Assembly: GCA_030698385.1 (NCBI GenBank)
Contig: JAUYLZ010000018.1
Coordinates: 42,744 to 106,743 of the forward strand
DNA from: a bacterium
Lineage (GTDB): Bacteria; Patescibacteriota; Patescibacteriia; Patescibacteriales; XYC2-FULL-47-12
Direction of reading: 5' to 3'
Length of the DNA stretch: 64,000 nt
Shown piece after piece: positions 37,376-45,656 of this stretch. The notes under the pieces are model-generated. The model ran no database searches. It had not been told where the DNA came from and was given only the letters and a program-made list of their open reading frames with translations. The stretch's first letter is position 1, and the number at the start of each line of letters is the position of its first letter. The translations under genes and the position numbers were made by a program.

Positions 37376-37503
37376 ACACGTCGATACTTTTAAATAAATT
37401 TAAGCTAAACTAAGTATATCACTATCTTTAACTATTTTCAAAAAAAATAACCACTTGAATATGACAAAAGTGGATAAGTAAGTAATTAAATTTATTAATA
37501 TAT

Positions 37504-37887
37504 TTACTTTAATCCTAGCCTTTCTTTAGCTTTCTGGACAACATCATCCATACTGCATTCCGTCTTTACCAAATAATCATAAGCTCCTTCGGCCACGGCC
37601 TCAGCAATTTTTTCATTATTGCTTAAGTTGCTCAAAATTATCACTCTGGCATTTTTCCCCCATTCATTTTTTCTTAATTCCCGCAACATTGTCAGCCCGC
37701 CCATCTCCGGCATAATGATATCGAGTAGTATTAAATCCGGCTGTTTTTCCAAGGCCAATTTTAATCCTTCTTTTCCATTTAATGCCCTAATAACCTCAAT
37801 ATCTTCATTGGTAAAAGTTTCTTTTAACAAATCAAGTATTGATTTTTCATCATCAACAATTAGAATTGTTTTTTTTTCTTGGGTCAT
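37504..37887 (-). CDS. single-domain response regulator (CheY-like receiver)
   Basis: ILIVDDE...DLILLDIIMPEMGG. Confidence 0.8.
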   Translation of the reverse strand: MTQEKKTILIVDDEKSILDLLKETFTNEDIEVIRALNGKEGLKLALEKQPDLILLDIIMPEMGGLTMLRELRKNEWGKNARVIILSNLSNNEKIAEAVAEGAYDYLVKTECSMDDVVQKAKERLGLK

Positions 37888-37897
37888 AGTTAATTGA

Positions 37898-39010
37898 TTA
37901 TTTAGATAAAGGAAGATATACTCTGAACTCTGATCCCTTATTTATGGCTGATTTAAAGCTAATTTGGCCGCCAATTAGCTCGACGATTGATTTAACAATA
38001 TAAAGACCAAGGCCGGTTCCATCCGCGTCTTTACTAACAACATTGTCAGCTCGAAATAATTTGCTAAAAATTTTGTTTTGTTGCGATTTTGGAATGCCCA
38101 TGCCGTTATCAGCGACTGATATTATTACCTTTAATTTATTTTTTTCAACCTTTACGCGCACTCTGCCGTTAGCCTGAGTATATTTAACCGCGTTGCTTAC
38201 TAAATTATCAATTATATAATGCATCAGGTCAGGATCAATTTTTATATTTAAATTATTGCTAAATTCTTTTTTAATCTTTAATTTTTTTGCTTTTATCGTT
38301 GGCTCTAAGCCATCTAGACAAGTCCTGATAATGTCTGACAAGTTGATTTTCTTTGGTTTTATTATTAATTTCCCAAGCTCAATGCGGGATACATACAAAA
38401 GCGCGTTGACCAGCTCAATCATTCTCTGATTGCCTTGATAAATTTCGTTGATATATTTATTTTGATTTTGGTCAAAATTTTTGTTTTTGCTCTGCATCAA
38501 GGCTGAGGCATGCCATTTAATAATCGCCAGCGGCGCGCGCAACTGGTGTGAAGCGAGCGAAATAAATTCTGTCTTCATCTTGTCTAGTTCAAACTGTTCG
38601 GTAATATCGCGCTCTATTCCGACATAGTATTTAATTTTTTTGTTTTTATCAAAAATCGGCGCGATATCTACCTGCGCGTAGTACCGTTCTCCACTCTTGC
38701 GCTGATTAATAAACGTGCCGTGATATGCTTTTTTTTCTTTTTTTATAGTCTGCCATAGTTTTTGATAAAACTTTTTTTCCATTTGTTTTCCCCAGAGAGC
38801 CGGTGTTTGGCCGATCATCTCCGTCTGCGAATAACCGGTAATTTTTTCGGCGGCCGGATTGGCATACAAAATCCGAGACGCGTCATCGGTAATGATAATG
38901 TGGTCCGAGGCATTCTCAACAGCGAGTTGAAATATGCCAATATCAAAATCACTTTCACTGTTTGGTTTCAAGGTATTTATCATACTAGTATTAGATTGAG
39001 ATGGTTGCAA
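37898..39010 (-). CDS. PAS-domain sensor histidine kinase
   Basis: H-box SHQLRAPL, N/G boxes (DNGMGIP, GTGLGL), and an N-terminal PAS-like segment. Confidence 0.8.
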   Translation of the reverse strand: MQPSQSNTSMINTLKPNSESDFDIGIFQLAVENASDHIIITDDASRILYANPAAEKITGYSQTEMIGQTPALWGKQMEKKFYQKLWQTIKKEKKAYHGTFINQRKSGERYYAQVDIAPIFDKNKKIKYYVGIERDITEQFELDKMKTEFISLASHQLRAPLAIIKWHASALMQSKNKNFDQNQNKYINEIYQGNQRMIELVNALLYVSRIELGKLIIKPKKINLSDIIRTCLDGLEPTIKAKKLKIKKEFSNNLNIKIDPDLMHYIIDNLVSNAVKYTQANGRVRVKVEKNKLKVIISVADNGMGIPKSQQNKIFSKLFRADNVVSKDADGTGLGLYIVKSIVELIGGQISFKSAINKGSEFRVYLPLSK

Positions 39011-39049
39011 AATTAATTATACCACACATTAGGCCAACTATTAAATTTT

Positions 39050-39082
39050 TTCAAAAAAACCACAACTCTTGAAGTTATGGTT
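39050..39082 (-). terminator. intrinsic terminator after the tRNA cluster
   Basis: Minus-sense AACCATAACTtcaagAGTTGTGGTT followed by a U run. The non-Watson-Crick pair is G.U only on the minus transcript. Confidence 0.7.
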
Positions 39083-39086
39083 TTTT

Positions 39087-39190
39087 TTTGATTTTGTCGG
39101 GTTGCGGGGAATTCCTGTCCGCCTCTGGCGGAGAACCCCGGCTATCCACCTTCCTCTATCGACTACGGCGGACAAGCAGGACCCACAGCC
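39087..39190 (-). other. tRNA-Pro(TGG)-like element lacking D arm and 5' acceptor strand, with two inserted hairpins
   Basis: Minus-sense GCAGGG CTGTGGG TCCTGC [TTG TCCGCC gtagtcgatagaggaa GGTGGA] TAGC CGGGG TTC [TCCGCCagagGCGGAcagg] AATT CCCCG CAACCCG A. It aligns to the adjacent tRNA-Pro except for the bracketed inserts. Only 21 nt separate the two. Confidence 0.4.
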
Positions 39191-39207
39191 CTGCGCCGCG
39201 CCCGCAT

Positions 39208-39278
39208 GCCTCGTCTGTCGGGCTGCGGGGAATTGAACCCCGGCTACAGGACCCCCAGCCCTGCGTACTACCATTATA
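39208..39278 (-). tRNA. tRNA-Pro (anticodon GGG)
   Basis: CGGGCTG TC GTAT AATGGTA GTAC G CAGGG CTGGGGG TCCTG TAGC CGGGG TTCAATT CCCCG CAGCCCG A. 71 nt, no CCA encoded. Confidence 0.8.
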
Positions 39279-39368
39279 CGACAGCCCGATGAACAGTTAA
39301 TTTCATAATAAATCTTAGCACAATTTTATAAAAATAAAACCCACCTAAAAAGATGGGTTTTTTAATGA

Positions 39369-40523
39369 TTAACAAATTATTTTTTCAATGCGTTCAAGAC
39401 CGGCGCGCAACTGATTCTCACTCACCGCGCAGGTGATACGACAGCAATTGTCAAAATCGCCAAAAGCAATTCCCGGGACAACGGCGACATTGGCTTGGTT
39501 AAGCAAGTGCTCGGCAAATAGAATTGAATTGATTCCGTTTTTTTCATTCATAAACGGAGAAAAATCAGGGAAGGCGTAAAAACCGCCGTCAGCGCCGCCG
39601 CAAAAAATGTTTAACCTTTTAAACCAACACCACAACAGTTCTCTTTGTTTGGCATAGCAATGAATCAACGGCTCTTGATTAAGCGCCTCGACCGCCGCGC
39701 ACTGTCCAATGCTATTTGGGCAACCGGAAAATGTTTCTAAGTACAGCGTAACTTTTTGCGCCAACTCCGCCGGCATAATGCCGTAACCGATTCGCCAGCC
39801 CGTCATTGCGTACGCCTTGGAAAATGATCCGATAATGACCGCGTTTGGATCAAATCGTAAATAAGACTGTTCAAATCCGACCGGATAATAACATTCGTCA
39901 GAAATAACGGCAATGCCGGCCGTTCCCTGCCGATACCGCTTGGCCAGCTGGCTGATCTCTTTTACGACCGAATCGCTGTAAACGGCTCCAGTCGGATTAT
40001 TTGGCGTATTTAAAAGCAAGCAAATTAAGCCAACAAAACCGTTGGCAAGCAACGCTTGTAAATAACGCTCCATTTCACTGGTGACTGGGACAAAATTTTT
40101 GTCACACTCCAACAAATAAACCTTCCCTCCTAGCGATTTGATTCCAAAAAAGTAAGGCGGGTAATGCGGTGTCGGCATCAGCACCGGCTGATCCTGATCA
40201 ATGAGCGTCCAAAATACCGCTGTCGCGACGCTCTTGGCGCCATTGGAAATAACCACCTGTTCCGGTTTAACGCGGTACCTTTGAGCGATACCGGCGCGCA
40301 ACTCAATAGAGCCGCTGGCCGGCGTATACCTGGTTTGATGCAAGTTAATCGCTTTTTGAGCGTGCCTCTCAATTGCCTCAGGCGTATTAAGAAAAGATTC
40401 GCCCACTCCCAGATTAATAATCTCTCTTCCGTCTGCCTGCAAAGACTTAATTTTTTTCAATAAATCCTGCAATGGCGATGGTTCCAAATATTTGCTACGG
40501 AAACTAAACTGCGTTGACATCAC
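39369..40523 (-). CDS. class I/II PLP-dependent aminotransferase (aromatic/aspartate type)
   Basis: SFSKAYAMTGWRIGY Lys motif and NPNNPTG. Last gene after the PDT and PDH genes. Confidence 0.8.
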   Translation of the reverse strand: MMSTQFSFRSKYLEPSPLQDLLKKIKSLQADGREIINLGVGESFLNTPEAIERHAQKAINLHQTRYTPASGSIELRAGIAQRYRVKPEQVVISNGAKSVATAVFWTLIDQDQPVLMPTPHYPPYFFGIKSLGGKVYLLECDKNFVPVTSEMERYLQALLANGFVGLICLLLNTPNNPTGAVYSDSVVKEISQLAKRYRQGTAGIAVISDECYYPVGFEQSYLRFDPNAVIIGSFSKAYAMTGWRIGYGIMPAELAQKVTLYLETFSGCPNSIGQCAAVEALNQEPLIHCYAKQRELLWCWFKRLNIFCGGADGGFYAFPDFSPFMNEKNGINSILFAEHLLNQANVAVVPGIAFGDFDNCCRITCAVSENQLRAGLERIEKIIC

Positions 40524-40546
40524 TTTTTCTCCTTTACATTTAAAAT

Positions 40547-41257
40547 TTAAAGAACTTTATTTTTTACTGACTGTATCGCTCTGACAAACTTACTAATTTC
40601 AGTTCTGGCGTAAGGATTGTACTGTATCATATCGGTAAACAGTTGCCAAGTGTCTTTACTAACATGATCGTTAATGGCCAACATTCTGTCAAAACCGGGC
40701 GTTTTGATCTTTTGATCTTTGATATTGGCGGCGCTAAGAGCTCGGCCGATAAAATGAACCAAGGCTAAGCTGCTTGCCGCCTGCCGGTCGTGATCCGACG
40801 GCGTGGTGATAATAATTTTTAAACCAAGACTCCTAAAAACCGCCTTTACTTTAGATAACATTTTTTTATCAATGGCAATCGGGCAAAGGACGATTTGCAG
40901 GTTGCGCAAACCAAATTTGGCGCTGTCCGGCCCAAACATCGGGTGCGTTCCTAAAATGTTTACGTCCGCGGGCAAATGTTTTCGCAACCACTCGCAAGGA
41001 TACACTTTTACCGAGGCCACGTCCATGATCACGGCGCCGGGCTTGAGCTTATTGCTGATATTTTTAATCAGACTCTCAAGTTTGGAAATAGGCACGGCCA
41101 AAATTATCCAATCCATTTCAGGCAGTTTTTGCAGGGTAGTAACTTTATGCCGGCAATTAACTTTTTTGTTGGCAATAATAAAAATCTGACCGTATGGCGC
41201 GAAAATTTTTGCCGCTAATTTTCCAAATCGACCGAAGCCGATAATGCAAATATTCAT
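40547..41257 (-). CDS. tyrA: prephenate/arogenate dehydrogenase
   Basis: MNICIIGFGRFGKLAA Rossmann start, DVASVK and HPMFGP. Confidence 0.75.
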   Translation of the reverse strand: MNICIIGFGRFGKLAAKIFAPYGQIFIIANKKVNCRHKVTTLQKLPEMDWIILAVPISKLESLIKNISNKLKPGAVIMDVASVKVYPCEWLRKHLPADVNILGTHPMFGPDSAKFGLRNLQIVLCPIAIDKKMLSKVKAVFRSLGLKIIITTPSDHDRQAASSLALVHFIGRALSAANIKDQKIKTPGFDRMLAINDHVSKDTWQLFTDMIQYNPYARTEISKFVRAIQSVKNKVL

Positions 41258-41258
41258 A

Positions 41259-41825
41259 CTATTTCTTGGCAGCCAAAATAAATGTCGTAAAGTTGAACTT
41301 CAAATCCTGAATGCTCTCTTCAAGTATTTCTAAGTCATACAATTCAGCCGCGCGTTTGGGCGCGATGACCGCAGCATTGGATGGCAATACTCCGGCGGAC
41401 AAATCTTTGGCTGCCTGCGCCGTGTCGCTCCACTCAATTAATTCAGCGCCTTGCCAACGCCTTTTTAAATACATACGGCATTGTTTTAAAGCCTGATCAT
41501 GAGATGCAATTTTTTTTATATCTTCTTTAGCGACTCCTGGCAAAGCCATTAAATTGTGCTTAACATCAATTTCGAAGATATTTTCAATTGAAAAAGTATG
41601 TTTAGCCATAGCGTAAATCGCTTCATATACTATACCTCCGTTTGAGTTTTCAATCGGAAAAACTCCTCTGTCAATTTTGCCGCCAATTAATGAATTTAAA
41701 ACATTTTCAACACTGATTAAATATCTTAATTCATAATCAACGATATTGTTTTTTTGGCAATAATATTGCGCGGCTTCTTCGGAAAAACTGCCCTCACTGC
41801 CGGACACGCCGATTGTTATATGCAT
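41259..41825 (-). CDS. pheA: prephenate dehydratase domain protein (no ACT domain)
   Basis: 188 aa. GSEGSFSEEAA and VFPIENSNGGIV PDT motifs. Ends before any regulatory ACT domain. Confidence 0.8.
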   Translation of the reverse strand: MHITIGVSGSEGSFSEEAAQYYCQKNNIVDYELRYLISVENVLNSLIGGKIDRGVFPIENSNGGIVYEAIYAMAKHTFSIENIFEIDVKHNLMALPGVAKEDIKKIASHDQALKQCRMYLKRRWQGAELIEWSDTAQAAKDLSAGVLPSNAAVIAPKRAAELYDLEILEESIQDLKFNFTTFILAAKK

Positions 41826-41908
41826 ATTTTTTTTAATTATTAAATAATTGTATTAGTAAAGGAATAAGGGGCAGACGGGAAAAATCTGCCCCAAAAAGAA
41901 CATTCGCG

Positions 41909-42151
41909 TTAAGCAACCTGTTCAATAAAATCTGAACTGCAATCCAATACTTTTACTATACCGATTTTCACTTTTTTTTCAAATCTTTCAATGGTTTCAA
42001 TATCGCTGATCGCAACCTCAGCGAACAGCTCCGGATGCTGTTCATCATAATAAATGAGCAGGCCAATGTTTTCCGCAGCTTTTGCGTAATTAATTAAATC
42101 GCTAAAAGTTGCTTCATTATTCAGTTTCTCTAAATTCCGCCATAAAACCAT
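41909..42151 (-). CDS. hypothetical 80-aa protein
   Basis: Start moved to MVLWRNLEK (AAGGAG, then 8 nt, then ATG). The track uses an upstream TTG. Confidence 0.4.
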   Translation of the reverse strand: MVLWRNLEKLNNEATFSDLINYAKAAENIGLLIYYDEQHPELFAEVAISDIETIERFEKKVKIGIVKVLDCSSDFIEQVA

Positions 42152-42170
42152 TATATTATCTCCTTTGTAA

Positions 42171-42344
42171 CTACTTATAGTTTCTGACAAAACTCCAACT
42201 TCTGCGTCCCTTGAATAAATTTTTACACTTGCTTCGCTTCTGATGCCAATACCTAGCTCGGTTATTTTCTTGATTCACGTCTTCCGTGCTTTCTTGAGTA
42301 AATTCAGTCTCCACATCTTGTTCTTTGCTACATTTTTTCTGCAT
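42171..42344 (-). CDS. hypothetical 57-aa protein (acidic N-terminus, basic C-terminus)
   Basis: Not in the track. AAGGAG, then 8 nt, then ATG: MQKKCSKEQDVETEFTQESTEDVNQENNRARYWHQKRSKCKNLFKGRRSWSFVRNYK*. Confidence 0.35.
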   Translation of the reverse strand: MQKKCSKEQDVETEFTQESTEDVNQENNRARYWHQKRSKCKNLFKGRRSWSFVRNYK

Positions 42345-42432
42345 TTGATATTCTCCTTCTTGCCCCGTCCTTTAGGCGGGGTTCATTTTTTTATTTTTTT
42401 AAAAGAACAACTCCCTTTCTTGAACTAAAATA

Positions 42433-42623
42433 TAAAAAAACTGACCCCCTTGCGGAAGCCAGTTTTTTTGTTTCCCTAATGATGTATTATAACTTATAAA
42501 ACATCACCAAAAACTGCACTTCCGCGCTGGAAGCCGTAAAAGAAAAAGCTAAAGCTTAATACAGTTTTTGCTAATGTTTTAATCATATGTGGATATTCTA
42601 ACACAGATTTTTAAAAAAAACAA
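42433..42623 (-). promoter_or_regulatory. Phe-type leader-peptide transcription attenuator
   Basis: TGtTAGAAT extended -10 (42595-42600) sits 8 nt before the AUG. Antiterminator GCGGAAG-TG-CAGTTTTT pairs with AAAAACTG-G-CTTCCGC. Terminator ACTGGCTTC cgcaag GGGGTCAGT plus U7 (42433-42466). Confidence 0.6.
42494..42586 (-). CDS. Phe/Tyr-rich leader peptide (30 aa)
   Basis: MIKTLAKTVLSFSFFFYGFQRGSAVFGDVL*. Not in the track. No SD; the AUG is 8 nt after the -10. Confidence 0.55.
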   Translation of the reverse strand: MIKTLAKTVLSFSFFFYGFQRGSAVFGDVL

Positions 42624-42746
42624 GCGGTTGTCCACACCGCGCTAAAACAGAGCTTATTACGGTATAAATAAATCAATTAATTAAAGCTAATATTAAAATA
42701 AAAAACCACTTTTTAAACAAAAGTGGCTAAAAAATTAGATTACAAT

Positions 42747-43508
42747 TTAATTAATCGGCTGCAACTTCTCTGGATAAGTTGCGTTGATCAATGCGCGCGC
42801 TAAAATCAGCGTCGGATCAATCATTATTGTTCCATCAATTTCTTTTTCGGTAATCGCTAATGGTATTTCCGTGCAACCTAGAATTACCGCTTGCGCTCCT
42901 TTTTTTTGCAAATGCTGAACGCCTCGCAAAAATTCGCCGCGCGCTTTTTCGGTCACCGGACTGGATTGCGCTTTGATGCCGTAAGTCTCATCGTAAATTG
43001 CGTTATGAACCATATTCTGCACATCCTCATCAAGCACAACTACCTTAAATCCTTTTGCTTCAAGAATGGCGGGATAGACTTTTGATCGGAAAGTTCCGAT
43101 TGTGGAAAGAACGCCGATGGTTTTGACATCAGGATAGTTCGCCGAAACATATTTCGCCACCTCCTCAATCATATTCAGAAGTGTTCCGGAAAAACCAGTT
43201 TTTATCAACCGCTCATTGATAACATTAAATATCTGCGGTGAATGCATTGTGTTGCAAGGTATGCCAATAACATCAGCTCCCGCGACATACATGCGCAAAA
43301 TAATATCAGCAACTGCCGGCGCGGGATTATCAACTTTTCCCAACAAAAATTGGGTACGATCATTAATGCGTTCAGAAAATGACAGGTGTAGTACTGGCAG
43401 ATGCTCCTGATCATTTAACGCTTGAGTGTTATCCAGAATTTTTTTGTGCAAATCAAGTCCGGCGTATGGGCCGACTCCGCCGACTATTCCAATTACTTTT
43501 TTTTCCAT
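42747..43508 (-). CDS. aspartate racemase (Asp/Glu racemase family)
   Basis: IGIVGGVGPYAGLDL, IPCNTMH and ILGCTEIP. Start moved to MEKKVIG (AGGAG, then 7 nt, then ATG). Own promoter TTGCAA-17-TATGAT. Confidence 0.8.
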   Translation of the reverse strand: MEKKVIGIVGGVGPYAGLDLHKKILDNTQALNDQEHLPVLHLSFSERINDRTQFLLGKVDNPAPAVADIILRMYVAGADVIGIPCNTMHSPQIFNVINERLIKTGFSGTLLNMIEEVAKYVSANYPDVKTIGVLSTIGTFRSKVYPAILEAKGFKVVVLDEDVQNMVHNAIYDETYGIKAQSSPVTEKARGEFLRGVQHLQKKGAQAVILGCTEIPLAITEKEIDGTIMIDPTLILARALINATYPEKLQPIN

Positions 43509-43615
43509 ATCATTTCTCCTTAATACTATTTTCTTCATCATAGCAGTTTGCGCTAAATTTGCAAGAAAAAGAGCCATTGTAAAAATGGCTCTTGATTTTA
43601 AAGAACAAAAATAAG

Positions 43616-45280
43616 CTAAACTGCTACTTCTTTAGGAAGTTCCTCTTGGCTTGACTTTGATTCTAAATGAGCCAAAAACCAGCTCAAACAATTGGCAAAC
43701 GACTGAGCTGTCGCTTGAGTCGTATCAAGATCAACTGAATGGCCGGTAAACAGATTGTGGCCATTATTTTCTACGCGAATCCGAGAAAAAACCGTGGCCA
43801 ATCCTTCAGTACCACCGCCTTTAACAAGACCAGCTTTCCAATCGTCAAGTTTTATTTCCCAATTATTTAAATCGGGGAAAAAATGCTTGGCGGCGGTCAA
43901 GACGGCTTTCATCACGGCGTCATATGTTCCGTCTCCTGAATTTGTTACGGTAACGGAATTTCCGTTAACTGCCATAGATACCGCGGCGGTCGGAATCGTG
44001 CCGCTGCCGCCAAATGCCTGACAGTGAGTAATATTCATGAGATAAGGAACGTCATCTACGCAATCTTGAACGATGGCCGCTATCTCTTCTTCGGAAGCCT
44101 CTCTCATGTTCTTTGATTCTGACAGCCGCATCACCTGTTCATAAATTACCTGCAACTGGTCTCTAGCCACCTTGTAACCCATTTCCTCAAGTTTTTTTTG
44201 CACGCCGGGACGACCAGAGTTAACGTCAATGACATAATTAAACTTGACGCCATGGCCATACTTGGAAGGATCCCAGCTGTAATAAGGACTGGTTTTATTC
44301 TGCTTCTCGGCCTTTTCCTCAATGCCTTGGTGCGTGCCCGCGCTGCAAATTTTATTCTGTTCCCCAACCACCGGCCAATGACGCGGCACGGTCATACCAA
44401 GCTTATTGGCAATGAAGTGAACTATTCTGCAACAATGACTAATGTCAAAATTAACTGCCAAGTTGACAAACCTAATATCTTGCATACAATCACTGCGTGT
44501 GGCCAAATTCCAAAGAATTGATTCGAATTTTGTCATGCCGCTGCGCTCACCCAGTCCAAAAAAAGTTCCTTCAACAATACTTGCGCCCCGCAAAATTGCC
44601 TGCAAAGCATTGTTGGTTGCGTGATCACTGTCGTTATGACAATGGACTGAAATGTGCGCGTCGGCAATATTTGAAACACGTTCAAATAATGTTTTAATAA
44701 TGCTTCCAAATTCATCACCAATTCGCAAACCGGTTGTGTCTGGAATGTTTACCACGGTGGCGCCGGCGTCTATAACGGTCTCGACAATCTCACACAGAAA
44801 ATCAATTTCAGTGCGTGCGGCATCTTCGGGAGAAAATTCCACATGTTCAAAACCGATACTGCGCGCGTATCGCACTATCCGCTCGGCAGTATTTAGATAC
44901 CACTGCTGTTTCCCCTCTTTGGTATCCCCATACTTGCTGTCATAAAACTGGGTCAAAAGCAATTCGTCGCTGGTTGGAATATAGATATGACACAAATCAC
45001 AACCGGCTTCCTTAACCGCCATCACACCTTTCTCCAGCGCAATTGTCAAACCGCCTAAGAGCGGCCTATCTTCCACACTCAGTTCATTAACAAACTTAAC
45101 AATTCTTTGACAATTTTCCATTTGCTTTTGCGAGCTATATGGATAGCCAATCTCAATTCGATCAATACCGCCATCAATCAACATTTTAACATAGGTTAAT
45201 TGATCCTGCGGCGACATGGAGCCACCTTCAACCTGCGCTGACTCCCGCAAAGCTACATCGTTTAATAATATCCTTCTCAT
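43616..45280 (-). CDS. leuA: 2-isopropylmalate synthase (with C-terminal LeuA regulatory domain)
   Basis: 554 aa with an HMGL-like barrel (IEIGYP, HCHNDSDHATNNAL) and a long C-terminal domain. Followed by terminator AGAGCCATT..AATGGCTCT plus a U run. Confidence 0.8.
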   Translation of the reverse strand: MRRILLNDVALRESAQVEGGSMSPQDQLTYVKMLIDGGIDRIEIGYPYSSQKQMENCQRIVKFVNELSVEDRPLLGGLTIALEKGVMAVKEAGCDLCHIYIPTSDELLLTQFYDSKYGDTKEGKQQWYLNTAERIVRYARSIGFEHVEFSPEDAARTEIDFLCEIVETVIDAGATVVNIPDTTGLRIGDEFGSIIKTLFERVSNIADAHISVHCHNDSDHATNNALQAILRGASIVEGTFFGLGERSGMTKFESILWNLATRSDCMQDIRFVNLAVNFDISHCCRIVHFIANKLGMTVPRHWPVVGEQNKICSAGTHQGIEEKAEKQNKTSPYYSWDPSKYGHGVKFNYVIDVNSGRPGVQKKLEEMGYKVARDQLQVIYEQVMRLSESKNMREASEEEIAAIVQDCVDDVPYLMNITHCQAFGGSGTIPTAAVSMAVNGNSVTVTNSGDGTYDAVMKAVLTAAKHFFPDLNNWEIKLDDWKAGLVKGGGTEGLATVFSRIRVENNGHNLFTGHSVDLDTTQATAQSFANCLSWFLAHLESKSSQEELPKEVAV

Positions 45281-45340
45281 TTTTTTCTTTTACCCCGTCC
45301 AAATTTATTTGGCAGGGCTTTCTCCTTTAATATTTTTGTT
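45278..45340 (-). promoter_or_regulatory. conserved 5' leader hairpin element, copy 2 (leuA)
   Basis: Minus-sense ACAAAAATATTAAAGGAGAAAGCCCTGCCAAATAAATTTGGACGGGGTAAAAGAAAAAAAATG. The left arm differs from copy 1 (CCCTG vs CTCCG) but still pairs through G.U. Confidence 0.5.
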
Positions 45341-45446
45341 TTTCGACTTCATAGCCGAATAAATATACATTATTTGTCATTCCTGTGTAGGCAGGAATCC
45401 AGAAATATATATTTCCCCCGGCCATGAAATGTTTGTAAAGAGCTTT

Positions 45447-45656
45447 AAAAAACAAAAAGCCACCCGTTTGGATGGTTTTCTACAACTTTTATACGTTTAT
45501 ATATGAATTAACGCCTTACGCTTTCGCGTTTAAACCATCCAAAAAATCTCGGCCAAGGAGGCTGAGCAAGAGGCTTAAAAGCAATAAGCTTTTGCTAATT
45601 TTTTGCATGATTTTACTCATATATAAATATCCTAACATATTTTTAAAAACTGTCAA
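45447..45656 (-). promoter_or_regulatory. Leu-type leader-peptide transcription attenuator upstream of leuA
   Basis: TTGACA-16-TAGGAT, with the AUG 8 nt after the -10. Antiterminator TTTGGATGGTTT (in the CDS, plus 45532-45543) pairs with AAACCATCCAAA (45467-45478). Terminator CCATCCaaacGGGTGG followed by CUUUUUGUUUUUU. Confidence 0.65.
45516..45620 (-). CDS. Leu-rich leader peptide (34 aa)
   Basis: MSKIMQKISKSLLLLSLLLSLLGRDFLDGLNAKA*. Nine Leu in an 11-residue stretch, using TTA/TTG/CTT/CTC codons. Not in the track. Confidence 0.6.
   Translation of the reverse strand: MSKIMQKISKSLLLLSLLLSLLGRDFLDGLNAKA

Noticed and set aside
39041-39300. Track ORFs 39041..39274 (minus) and 39088..39300 (plus).
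   Set aside because: They coincide with the tRNA-Pro gene and the tRNA-like element. The G+C-rich tRNA sequence gives spurious open frames.
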